Shown here: in pieces, positions 9,994-18,704 of the stretch
Layout: each line of letters starts with the position of its first letter
Numbering within the stretch: the stretch's first letter is position 1
Notes under the pieces: model-generated
The model's database searches: none
What the model was told of the DNA's origin: nothing
What the model saw: only the letters and a program-made list of their open reading frames with translations
NCBI GenBank assembly: GCA_963775465.1
Contig: CAVZIW010000002.1
Coordinates: 64,110-128,109 of the forward strand
Direction: 5' to 3'
From: Candidatus Bathyarchaeota archaeon
Lineage (GTDB): Archaea; Thermoproteota; Bathyarchaeia; Bathyarchaeales; Bathycorpusculaceae
Length of the DNA stretch: 64,000 nt
Position numbers and translations under genes: made by a program

Positions 9994-11007
9994 GTGGAAG
10001 ACATAGTAGTTGTCGATGACCTGCATAAAACTTATGGAAAAAATGTAATTGCTGTAGACGGCATATCGTTTAATGTTAAGAAAGGAGAGATTTTTGGTTT
10101 CTTGGGCCCAAACGGCGCAGGCAAAAGCACGACGATCAAAATCCTCACAACATTGTTAGAAAAAACCTCTGGAAAAGCCACGATCGATGGACTTGACATT
10201 GATGCTGACCAGGCAAAAGTGAGGCGAATAATCGGTTACTCCTCACAGGAAGTGGGAGTAGATGACGACCTCACCGCACGGGAGAACCTTATGCTTCAAT
10301 GTAGCTTCCATCACATTCCAAAAGAAAAAGCAAAACCCAAGGTAAACGAGCTCCTCCAAACAATTCGTCTCTTTGAGGCTGCCGATAGACGATTGAAAAC
10401 GTTTTCGGGAGGCATGAGAAAACGACTAGACTTAGCCTCATCATTAGTTTCAGATCCAAAAATCCTGTTCTTAGATGAGCCAACAACAGGGTTAGATCCT
10501 CAGAGTAGACAAGATATCTGGGAGTACATAATCAAACTGAACCGCGAAGGGATGACAATATTTCTAACAACACAATACATGGAAGAGGCAGATCGCTTAG
10601 CCAATAGATTATGCATTGTAGACCAAGGAAAAATCGTAGCCGAAGGTACACCCGCCGAACTCAAAGCACAGGTAGGAGCAGACAAGATCACTCTCCGTTT
10701 CAAAATAGATGATCATAAGGGCTGTGAGAAAGCCAAAGACTTGATGTCCAAGTTGCAGGAAATCGAAGCTGTTGGTAAATGTGGAGACGGGGTAGTTGCT
10801 GAAAATAGTTTAACAATAATGACCAAAAACGGCTCCGCCATAATCACACAGGTAGTAAGAGCTTTGGATGGAGCCGGAATAAACGTGGAACAGCTCAACC
10901 TTTCAGCTCCCACTCTTGATGAAGTCTTCTTAAAGCTTACAGGAAAAACCCTCAATGTAGTGGAACGCAAGCAAAAAACAGGTGGATGGGGAAGAAGGAG
11001 AAGATGA
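9994..11007 (+). CDS. ABC-2 type exporter ATP-binding subunit (DrrA-like)
   Basis: GPNGAGKS, FSGGM, LFLDEPT. GTG start after a GGTGG SD. Confidence 0.93.
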   Translation: MEDIVVVDDLHKTYGKNVIAVDGISFNVKKGEIFGFLGPNGAGKSTTIKILTTLLEKTSGKATIDGLDIDADQAKVRRIIGYSSQEVGVDDDLTARENLMLQCSFHHIPKEKAKPKVNELLQTIRLFEAADRRLKTFSGGMRKRLDLASSLVSDPKILFLDEPTTGLDPQSRQDIWEYIIKLNREGMTIFLTTQYMEEADRLANRLCIVDQGKIVAEGTPAELKAQVGADKITLRFKIDDHKGCEKAKDLMSKLQEIEAVGKCGDGVVAENSLTIMTKNGSAIITQVVRALDGAGINVEQLNLSAPTLDEVFLKLTGKTLNVVERKQKTGGWGRRRR

Positions 11008-11792
11008 ATATGATGGATATGGTATCGGAAGTCGTTGCGATTTTCTCCCGTTGGAACAAAAAACTACTCCGCCAACCTATTTTGATCTTTTTCAATCTTA
11101 TTCAACCTTTGGTGTGGTTCCTGCTTTTTACCCAAGCCTTCTCAGCAATAGGAAACATACCTTCATTCCAGTTGCTCACCGGCACTAGCAGCTACATCAC
11201 ATTCTTCACTGCCGCTGTCATAATACAAACCATAGCCTCCTCAGCGCTTAACACCGGAATCGGCTTAGTCAACGACTTTGACAGCGGATTCATGGACAAA
11301 ATGAGAGTGGCCCCAATCAACAAATCCTCCATCTTGTTCGGCAGACTATTCAGCAGTGCCCTTACCACAGTCATCCAGGTTGCTATAATATTACTTATAG
11401 GCCTAGTTTTGGGGGTGAACATAGCTTCCGGCGTTTTGGGTGCAATCGTTATTTTCATCTTAGCTGCCTTGTTCGGAATTGCTTGGTCAGGCATATCTCT
11501 GTTTGTAGCTCTAAACACAAAGAACGCAGAGACAACTCTTTCTGTGGGGTTACTTACCACTTTTCCGTTGTTATTCCTTTCTGCATCCGTAATGCCAATA
11601 GGGTTATTACCGAGCTGGGTACAGCAAGTAGCGAACGTTAACCCATTCACCTACATCGCAGAGGCATTCCAATCACTAATCATCAACGGTTTTGCCTGGC
11701 AAAAAATAGAATACGCTTTAATCGCCATTTTCATCGTTGGAGTGATAAGCTTAGGTGCAAGCATATTACTGTTCAGACGAAAAGTATCCTGA
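11004..11792 (+). CDS. ABC-2 type exporter permease
   Basis: About six TM segments and LIQPLVW...PLLFLS...NPFTY. ATGA overlap with the ATPase stop. Confidence 0.9.
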   Translation: MNMMDMVSEVVAIFSRWNKKLLRQPILIFFNLIQPLVWFLLFTQAFSAIGNIPSFQLLTGTSSYITFFTAAVIIQTIASSALNTGIGLVNDFDSGFMDKMRVAPINKSSILFGRLFSSALTTVIQVAIILLIGLVLGVNIASGVLGAIVIFILAALFGIAWSGISLFVALNTKNAETTLSVGLLTTFPLLFLSASVMPIGLLPSWVQQVANVNPFTYIAEAFQSLIINGFAWQKIEYALIAIFIVGVISLGASILLFRRKVS

Positions 11793-11915
11793 CCCAAAAA
11801 AACTTTGCGTAAATTCCAAAACAATCCGCCATCTGAGCTAAACACCAAATTAGTATAAAGCAGACACCAAATTTTTTATACATAAAACACGAAATAAGCA
11901 TAAGGGAGATTAAAA

Positions 11916-12686
11916 TTGGCAGCCAACAATTCAGTCTTGCTTAAATGGTCAAACATAGTTGCTTTTGTGTTCACCGTAATAGTTAACAGTTTAGCAGGCA
12001 GCACCAAACTAATAGGTGGGGTCACTACAGCTCAGATTTCCGATGCGAACCCCACATTAATTACTCCCGCAGGCTACGTTTTCTCTATATGGGGAATAAT
12101 CTATGTTTTATTAGGCGTTTTTGTTGTCTTCCAAGCTCTACCAAGCCAAAAAGGAAAAGAATATACCAAAAAAATCGGCTGGTTATTTGTCCTAAGCAGC
12201 ATAATAAACATTGCTTGGCTTTTCCTATGGCAATACAACTTCCTTAGCCTATCTGTTGTGCTTATTTTTCTGCTTTTGATAACTCTAATATTTATCTACA
12301 CTCGCCTTGGAATAGGCAAAACTCAAGCTAAGTTAAGTGAAAAACTAGCAACCCAGTTACCCTTCAGCGTTTACTTGGGCTGGATAACAATAGCCTCAAT
12401 CGCTAACGTTTCAGTTACATTGGTTTCAATAGGCTGGGACGGCTTTGGAATAGGAGCTGAAACTTGGGCAACGTTGATTGTAATAGTTGCATTAGCTATT
12501 ACCTTACTAGTGTTAGCTACGAGAAGAGACCTCGGTTATGGTCTCGTTATTGTCTGGGCGCTTATTGGTATTGCTGTTAAACAAAGTGGAAACCAAAACA
12601 TCTTTACATTGCTCGAGGCAAGCATAATTATTGTGATAATAGCAATTGTTGCAACACTCATTGTTAGTAGATTTAAAAAACATTGA
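11916..12686 (+). CDS. TspO/MBR-related tryptophan-rich membrane protein
   Basis: ITPAGYVFSIWGIIY, NIAWLFLW, YLGWITIASIAN; about eight TM segments. Confidence 0.75.
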   Translation: MAANNSVLLKWSNIVAFVFTVIVNSLAGSTKLIGGVTTAQISDANPTLITPAGYVFSIWGIIYVLLGVFVVFQALPSQKGKEYTKKIGWLFVLSSIINIAWLFLWQYNFLSLSVVLIFLLLITLIFIYTRLGIGKTQAKLSEKLATQLPFSVYLGWITIASIANVSVTLVSIGWDGFGIGAETWATLIVIVALAITLLVLATRRDLGYGLVIVWALIGIAVKQSGNQNIFTLLEASIIIVIIAIVATLIVSRFKKH

Positions 12687-12756
12687 TAACTTAATAATAG
12701 CCCGCTTGCGCAAATGTGTAATTTGTCATTCTTAGCGCTATAAAAAAAGAGAAGAT

Positions 12757-12930
12757 TTAGAGTTTTTCTGGAGCGCAGAGGTTTTCGGCTTTCGCAGCAG
12801 TTCTGTAGCAGCCTTTGCAAATGTACTTTGCATCTTTCACTAATGGCTTTACCTTTTCTATTGGTACTTTGTCCTCTACCATTTTGCAGAGGTGATGTTC
12901 ATGTCCAGGATGAGGTTGAGCTTTAGACAA
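12757..12930 (-). CDS. 57-aa Cys/His-rich putative metal-binding microprotein
   Basis: Not in the ORF track. TTG start after AGGTG: MSKAQPHPGHEHHLCKMVEDKVPIEKVKPLVKDAKYICKGCYRTAAKAENLCAPEKL. Confidence 0.8.
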   Translation of the reverse strand: MSKAQPHPGHEHHLCKMVEDKVPIEKVKPLVKDAKYICKGCYRTAAKAENLCAPEKL

Positions 12931-13032
12931 AATATAACACCTAAACTAGAAGAAAAACGTGGCTTGGTATATAATTATCGGTAGCGCCAACTACATAGAG
13001 CGCAGAAAGCTCCATACAAAAAGTTTCAAAAA

Positions 13033-13551
13033 CTACTGTTCAAATTCGATAGGAACCGCCACTTCATTTCTTCGCATAAACCACGGAGTAAAGGGACCAT
13101 TATATCTCATCGAAAAAACGTTGCCTTGGGTCTTAATGTTAGCCTTTTTGAGTTCTTCTAGCAACTCTTTGGATTTCTTTTTGAATAATGAATTGGACCA
13201 ACGACCAGAAAACCGTAATGCGGCAACAACTCTTTCAGGAATTTCTACAATTTTAACCTGGTTATCAAGAGGCTCAGGCGTACTTTCAAGCGTAAACCCT
13301 TCGGGCATCACAAAAGCTATCGAACCTGCCTCAGACAATACTGGGGCGGTCATGGCTATTTCCTCAGAAACAACAGGAGCAGTCATTGCAACATTTGATT
13401 TTTGCCTATTATTGCCAGTGATGAAACTGAAAAGTAAGTTGAAGCCTCCATCACCATAACCATCTACCCTTGCTATTACTAAAAGCGGGTAGCGTCTGAT
13501 CTCAACTTTGCCAATTTCTCTGAGAACCTCGTACTTTGCCTGAGCAACCAT
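13033..13551 (-). CDS. SOUL family heme-binding protein
   Basis: YEVL...EIRRYP, GFNLLFSFITGNN, IAMTAPV, RYNGPFTPWFMRRNEV. Confidence 0.93.
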   Translation of the reverse strand: MVAQAKYEVLREIGKVEIRRYPLLVIARVDGYGDGGFNLLFSFITGNNRQKSNVAMTAPVVSEEIAMTAPVLSEAGSIAFVMPEGFTLESTPEPLDNQVKIVEIPERVVAALRFSGRWSNSLFKKKSKELLEELKKANIKTQGNVFSMRYNGPFTPWFMRRNEVAVPIEFEQ

Positions 13552-13666
13552 AATGCTATAGAGAAAACTGGCAGGATATAATGATTTTCATTAAATTGTT
13601 GGCCATCTTTGTTATGCATAGATTAAGCTTAAAAAGAAATTTCAACAATATAATAAGTGAGGTTAT

Positions 13667-14500
13667 TTGTTGAATTTTAAAGAAAGACAGGAAATAATTG
13701 CGAAATCACCCATATCTTTTAGATACCTAAAGAAATTCAACACTGGTGCAGGAACATTGCAACTGTTAAATGGAATTGCAATTCTGGCATTAACCTTTCT
13801 TTTGACTTGGCCTAAAGGAACCGACATCTACACCTTCTACCTAACTTTTGCACATGTTAGTCCAACAAACCCGGCAATTTTCGCCGTGCCAAACCCCCAA
13901 GTTCTCTTCACCGTAACTCATTTGGGGCTGCTACTTGCCGCATTCCCGCTAATCTCAGCCTTTGCACATTTCATGATTGCTTTTCCAAAAAACAAAGCCT
14001 ACAACGAAAACCTAAAGAAAGGAATGAATCCATATCGATGGTACGAATACGCTTTCTCAAGCTCAATAATGATCTGGATAATTGCAACTTTCGTTGGAAT
14101 CTGGGACTTTTGGTCGTTAGCAATGATATTTGTTTTAAACGCCATGATGATAATGTTTGGATACCTCATGGAGTTGGTAAATCAGAAAACAGATAAAACA
14201 AACTGGTCATCGTTCCTTCTGGGATGCATTTCAGGTGGATTTCCATGGATTGTCCTTTTCTCATACTTCACAGGCGCTGTCATAAATAGTGAAAACAACG
14301 TTCCAAACTTCGTGTACGTCATATTCATCATATATCTAGTGTTGTTCATGAGTTTCGCAGTCAACCAGGTTCTGCAATACAAGGGCGTTGGTAAATGGAA
14401 AGATTATCTTTACGGCGAAAGAACCTACATAGTCCTTAGCTTCATAGCAAAGACATTTCTGGTTTGGTTAGTGTTTGTTGGTCTATTCAGACCCTTCTAA
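13667..14500 (+). CDS. heR: heliorhodopsin
   Basis: Seven TM segments, NPYRWYEYAFSSSIM (counterion Glu), ISAFAH, LQYKGVGKWKDYLYGERTYIVLSFIAK (retinal-binding Lys). Confidence 0.96.
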   Translation: MLNFKERQEIIAKSPISFRYLKKFNTGAGTLQLLNGIAILALTFLLTWPKGTDIYTFYLTFAHVSPTNPAIFAVPNPQVLFTVTHLGLLLAAFPLISAFAHFMIAFPKNKAYNENLKKGMNPYRWYEYAFSSSIMIWIIATFVGIWDFWSLAMIFVLNAMMIMFGYLMELVNQKTDKTNWSSFLLGCISGGFPWIVLFSYFTGAVINSENNVPNFVYVIFIIYLVLFMSFAVNQVLQYKGVGKWKDYLYGERTYIVLSFIAKTFLVWLVFVGLFRPF

Positions 14501-14506
14501 CCTCTC

Positions 14507-14518
14507 CCTTTTCTTTTT
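14507..14518 (+). terminator. T-rich archaeal terminator after heliorhodopsin
   Basis: CCTTTTCTTTTT just downstream of the stop codon. Confidence 0.45.
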
Positions 14519-14675
14519 GATAATGAAGCATAATTCAATTAACCAAATGATAAACAAACGATTTTCTGACAAATATTGCGCTATTTCCACTTAACACGCG
14601 CGGTTAAGAAAAAGCAATCGATTAAGTCAGACAAGGAAATGTTGATTAAATTGTCTTAATTAAAAAGGTTAAAAT

Positions 14676-15409
14676 CTACAACTCCTCCAGCAATTGCACT
14701 GTAGCAGTTATCGTTTGATTTTGTTGTAGCTCTCTGGAGACGGTGGCTGCATTGTCTCCTGTTTGGTTCCCATACCAACCGAAGAAAGCATGATTGCCTC
14801 CAGAAATTTCCAATCGAACTGTTGAAGGCGGAAGAAGCTTCAAGGAATCATCAATTTGTGCTTCACTAACGAGTCCGTCGTTTGTACCGTGAACGGTAGT
14901 CACTAGCAGATTGCTACTTGACAGGTTTGCTCCAGAAGGCGGATATGCTGCCAATAGTATTATTCATTTGATCTTCGAAGGGTTGTCATGAGCAAACTGG
15001 GCAGCCATACTGCCCCCAAGAGAATGCCCCCGATTGCCCAAGCACTAATTTGCGGGTAAGATTTGATTACGTCATTTGCTATGTTTACTCCAAAAACAGC
15101 CAAATTAAGCGGCATCTGAGGAATTACAACAAGATATCCTTGGGAAGCTATTGCATGGGCATAGGGTGCATAAGATAGGTAATTAACTCTCCCACCGGGA
15201 TAGAAAATAAAACCTGTCGTGTAGTTGGTAGCCTTGGGCTCAAATACTAGCCATTGCCCCTGAGAAACAGTAACGTTTGCATCAGACTTTAAAGCATCGT
15301 AGGCTTGTTGCATCGGAGATGGAGGCGTTTCAGCCCAAATGATAAAACCCGAAAAAACAACCAATACAGCAACCAATACAACAATGAGTATTTTGTAACG
15401 TCTACGCAT
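14676..15409 (-). pseudogene. membrane-anchored alpha/beta hydrolase (Abhydrolase_5-like), disrupted
   Basis: FIFYPGGRV...AIG then a frameshift in the G-run (15027-15031) that breaks GGHSLGG. In-frame TGA at 14966-14964 where Gly is expected (KIK*IILLAAYP). The C-terminal half keeps GTNDG and GGNHAFFGWYG. Confidence 0.85.
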
Positions 15410-15420
15410 TTCTAATTCAC

Positions 15421-16296
15421 CTATCTTAAACCCAGAAGCCGAACTGTTTCATTCCAAAGTCGTTCCTGTATTTCTCGGTCATACGACGCCCGGCAAGTTT
15501 CAACTGTTTTCTTTTTAGAGAAGCATTTGCCTGTAAGATCCTTAACTTCATCAGATGAAGCCAAATACACCGATGTTTCAGCACCTTTCTTAGCGTTCAC
15601 CTGCATTGGACGAACCATCTTAAACAAAAGCGATGAACTGAGGCTGCCACTGTTTTTTCCAAGATTAGTCGCGACAAAACCAGGCATCAGCACATTTGCA
15701 GTAACTCCGGTACCATTAAGTCGCCTTGCTAGTTCATACGTAAACATCATTAGCATCAGTTTAGTGTTAGCGTAAACCGGTGCCCGCACGCGAGCATAAG
15801 CTTTCGTTTCTGCGTAGTTCTTTTGACTCTGGAGGTCATCAAGATCTACCTTGCCGTTTTTGGCTAGTCCGGAACTTACGTTGACTATTCGAGAAGGAGC
15901 GCTAGATTTAAGCAAATCCAACAATTCATGTGTTAGTAGAAATGGCCCTAAATAATTGACGGCAAACGTACGTTCAAAACCCTCTGGTGTAACCTCTCGT
16001 TTATTGAACATAGCTCCAGCATTATTAACCAGTACATCGAGTCTATCATATTTCTTCTTGAATTCCTGTGAGAACCGCCTGATTGAATCCATAGAAGACA
16101 AGTCGCAAATCATCAAATCGATGGATTTGTTTCCCGTTTGACTCACTATTTCAAATTGTGCTTTTTCGCCTCGGTCTTGGTTGCGAACGACCATAACAAC
16201 GTGGGCACCCATCTTAGCTAAGCTTAAGACCGTTTCTTTCCCAATTCCAGAGTTGCTGCCCGTTACAATGCAAATTTTCCCTTTCATTTCGCTCAT
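15421..16296 (-). CDS. short-chain dehydrogenase, retinol-dehydrogenase (RDH/WWOX)-like subfamily
   Basis: TGSNSGIG, CDLSS, NNAG, FAVNYLGPFLLT, YANTK, GAETSVYLASS. ATG at 16296 after GAGGGT. Confidence 0.88.
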   Translation of the reverse strand: MSEMKGKICIVTGSNSGIGKETVLSLAKMGAHVVMVVRNQDRGEKAQFEIVSQTGNKSIDLMICDLSSMDSIRRFSQEFKKKYDRLDVLVNNAGAMFNKREVTPEGFERTFAVNYLGPFLLTHELLDLLKSSAPSRIVNVSSGLAKNGKVDLDDLQSQKNYAETKAYARVRAPVYANTKLMLMMFTYELARRLNGTGVTANVLMPGFVATNLGKNSGSLSSSLLFKMVRPMQVNAKKGAETSVYLASSDEVKDLTGKCFSKKKTVETCRASYDREIQERLWNETVRLLGLR

Positions 16297-16621
16297 ATAC
16301 CCTCGTCCCAACACTTTAAGAGCGCAATTATAAACAAGTCGAAAGTTGTTTCTCAAATACTTTTGTGTTCTTAACAGTCCAGATCGCACAATAGAAAACC
16401 TTTGAGTCGGCTTTCATTGAATAAAGTGGAGGCATTTAAATAAAAAATCAATAAAATCCTATTGTAGAATTTAATAATAAAAAAGATTTGACTACATTGA
16501 CTTCTGCTAATTAATAATTATGTTCTCTGTGCAATTTTGTTCTTAAAAAATTGCTGTCATAGCGCCTGCCAAATCCAAATAAGGAAAGAAATGAGTCGTC
16601 TCAGAAGGTTGATAAATCTGC

Positions 16622-16840
16622 CTAGGGCGTGCTGCTTGTTTGTTTTTCTGAATTCTTGTGCGGTTTATAAATAACACCTGCGATGAATAAAACAGCCCCA
16701 ACAATGGGTAATACGAGTACTACTTCTTGGCCTCTTGCAAAATAGAGGACAAGGCCCACAAGAATTAATATCCCCCCAATTCCAAGGAGTCTCCCTTTGT
16801 TTGTTTGATAATAATCTTTCATGTCCACCGCTTTTCCCAC
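16622..16840 (-). CDS. small two-TM membrane protein
   Basis: Two hydrophobic helices; GGAGGTG SD; follows the ABC permease. Start uncertain. Confidence 0.6.
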   Translation of the reverse strand: MGKAVDMKDYYQTNKGRLLGIGGILILVGLVLYFARGQEVVLVLPIVGAVLFIAGVIYKPHKNSEKQTSSTP

Positions 16841-16865
16841 CTCCTTCTCGGCGCTTCCAACTTTG

Positions 16866-17609
16866 CTACTTCCACTTTGTTAGTATTTCCTCCCTTCGGA
16901 AAGTCTTGGTGCCGACAAAGAAAAGAGCCACATCAACCGCTAAAAGTATACCTGAGATTATGAGCAGACCGTTTACGTCAAGGGCTATTATGCTTGTCTC
17001 GCTGAGAAGGTATACGCCTAAAAGGGGAAAGAGTATAAAAATTCCAAAACTGTTAGCGCTACGTACATCATTAACTCGCGATGAAACAATGACGCTGAAC
17101 AGAACACTCATCACAATGGCGACCGGCATCAGAACCAAGAGCAAAGTGGCGATGTTCCAGTTTGGAAAATAATAGTATCCAAGCGTACTGAAAGTAACCT
17201 CATCAACACCCACCATGAAGAATACAGCAGCCGCATACATTGCCACTAAAGTCGGAATAACTGCGGAAACAGCTTTTCCAAGCAATATTTCTCCATCAGT
17301 AAGGGGCGTGGCTAGAAGTGGTTCCAGACTCTTCTCAACTTTCTCCCCCACTATACTGTAGGAGGCAATCCCTAAGGGAACATATGCAGCTCCTATGACT
17401 AAAAAGAAGGAAAAAGAGTTAAGCAAATTTGGAAGCACACTTGGCGCTGCGAGCCCGGGGCTCCCCCTTAATGCTAAATACTCCAGTATCGCCGGAAACA
17501 TTACCGAGATAACAACAGGGAAAATAATAATTGAATACCAGACATTTTTAACTCGCCTAAATATCTTGAAATCTCTAGCTGCAATAGTCCACACCTTCGA
17601 GAGTCGCAT
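16866..17609 (-). CDS. ABC-2 family permease
   Basis: SYSIVGEKVEKSLEPLLATPLTDGEILLGK; about six TM segments. Confidence 0.9.
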   Translation of the reverse strand: MRLSKVWTIAARDFKIFRRVKNVWYSIIIFPVVISVMFPAILEYLALRGSPGLAAPSVLPNLLNSFSFFLVIGAAYVPLGIASYSIVGEKVEKSLEPLLATPLTDGEILLGKAVSAVIPTLVAMYAAAVFFMVGVDEVTFSTLGYYYFPNWNIATLLLVLMPVAIVMSVLFSVIVSSRVNDVRSANSFGIFILFPLLGVYLLSETSIIALDVNGLLIISGILLAVDVALFFVGTKTFRREEILTKWK

Positions 17610-17611
17610 GT

Positions 17612-18538
17612 TTATTTCCTCACAAGTTTTAGATAGGTATCTTCCAAAGTTGAGCCCACAACATTGATTGATCTGACACGACCACCAGCCAACACTATAG
17701 CCTCTACAACAGGCGAATTCTCCTTATCTGGGTCTTCAACAACAAATGTTACCGTGTCGCCCTCACTTGACAGGTTCTTGAGCGGCAGTTTTTTCAATGC
17801 CCTCAAAACAATATCGCTTGCTTGCTGTTCTAATCCGATAACAGTCTTCTTACCGCTAATTGACCTCTCAAGTTCCTGCGGAGTCCCGATTGCTCTAAGA
17901 CTCGTATTTATTATTGCTACCCTGTCGCAGATTCTTTGTGCCTCGTCGAGGTTGTGGGTGTTTAGAAAGATTGTTTTCTTCTCTTTTTTTAGTTGAAGAA
18001 TGAAATCTCGTACTGTTTTCGCAGCTTCAGGATCAAGATTTGCAGTGGGCTCGTCCATGAAAAGTACTTGTGGATCATGAATTAGAGCCCGGGCTATAGC
18101 GAGCTTTTGTTTCATGCCCTTGGAAAAGGTTCCAGCTAAAACGTTTCTCTTATCCCAAAGCCCTAACATCTCAAGGAATCGCTTATTGTTCTCTTTCCTT
18201 TGAGCATCGGAGCAGTCGTATATTTTTCCGTAAAAATCCAAGTTGTCGTAAGCAGTCAAGTGTTCAGTCAGCCCAACATTGTCGGGAACTAAACCGATAA
18301 TTTTGCGGATTTTAATTGAGTCTTCCTTTTTTCCAATGTCATAGCCGCCTATGTTTGCGTTCCCACTAGTTTTTGAAATTAGGCAGCAAAACATTCTAAC
18401 GGTTGTGGTTTTTCCTGCGCCGTTAGGTCCGAGAAAACCGAAAACTTCGCCGTCATCAACATGAAGGGTGAGGTTGTCTACGGCTGCTAAATCACCAAAT
18501 TTTTTGGTTAGATTTTCAGTTTCAATCAGATGTATCAC
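17612..18538 (-). CDS. ABC transporter ATP-binding subunit
   Basis: GPNGAGKT, FSKGMKQK, FMDEPT, H-loop THNL. Confidence 0.93.
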   Translation of the reverse strand: MIHLIETENLTKKFGDLAAVDNLTLHVDDGEVFGFLGPNGAGKTTTVRMFCCLISKTSGNANIGGYDIGKKEDSIKIRKIIGLVPDNVGLTEHLTAYDNLDFYGKIYDCSDAQRKENNKRFLEMLGLWDKRNVLAGTFSKGMKQKLAIARALIHDPQVLFMDEPTANLDPEAAKTVRDFILQLKKEKKTIFLNTHNLDEAQRICDRVAIINTSLRAIGTPQELERSISGKKTVIGLEQQASDIVLRALKKLPLKNLSSEGDTVTFVVEDPDKENSPVVEAIVLAGGRVRSINVVGSTLEDTYLKLVRK

Positions 18539-18704
18539 TAAAAACAGTTGATTAGATTTTATCTAATTTTTATTTGCAGACACCTATATTTAAGTCATAG
18601 TAACTACGCATTAAAAATTATGGCTATGCTTTCGATTTAGTCGCACAAAATTTAACAGCAACGCTGGCAAATAGTTTCCAGAGTATTTCATTGAGGTATC
18701 TGAG

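Noticed and set aside
14964-14966. In-frame TGA as selenocysteine or a recoded stop
   Set aside because: The position corresponds to Gly, TGA is a normal stop in many genes here, and the gene has a second lesion.
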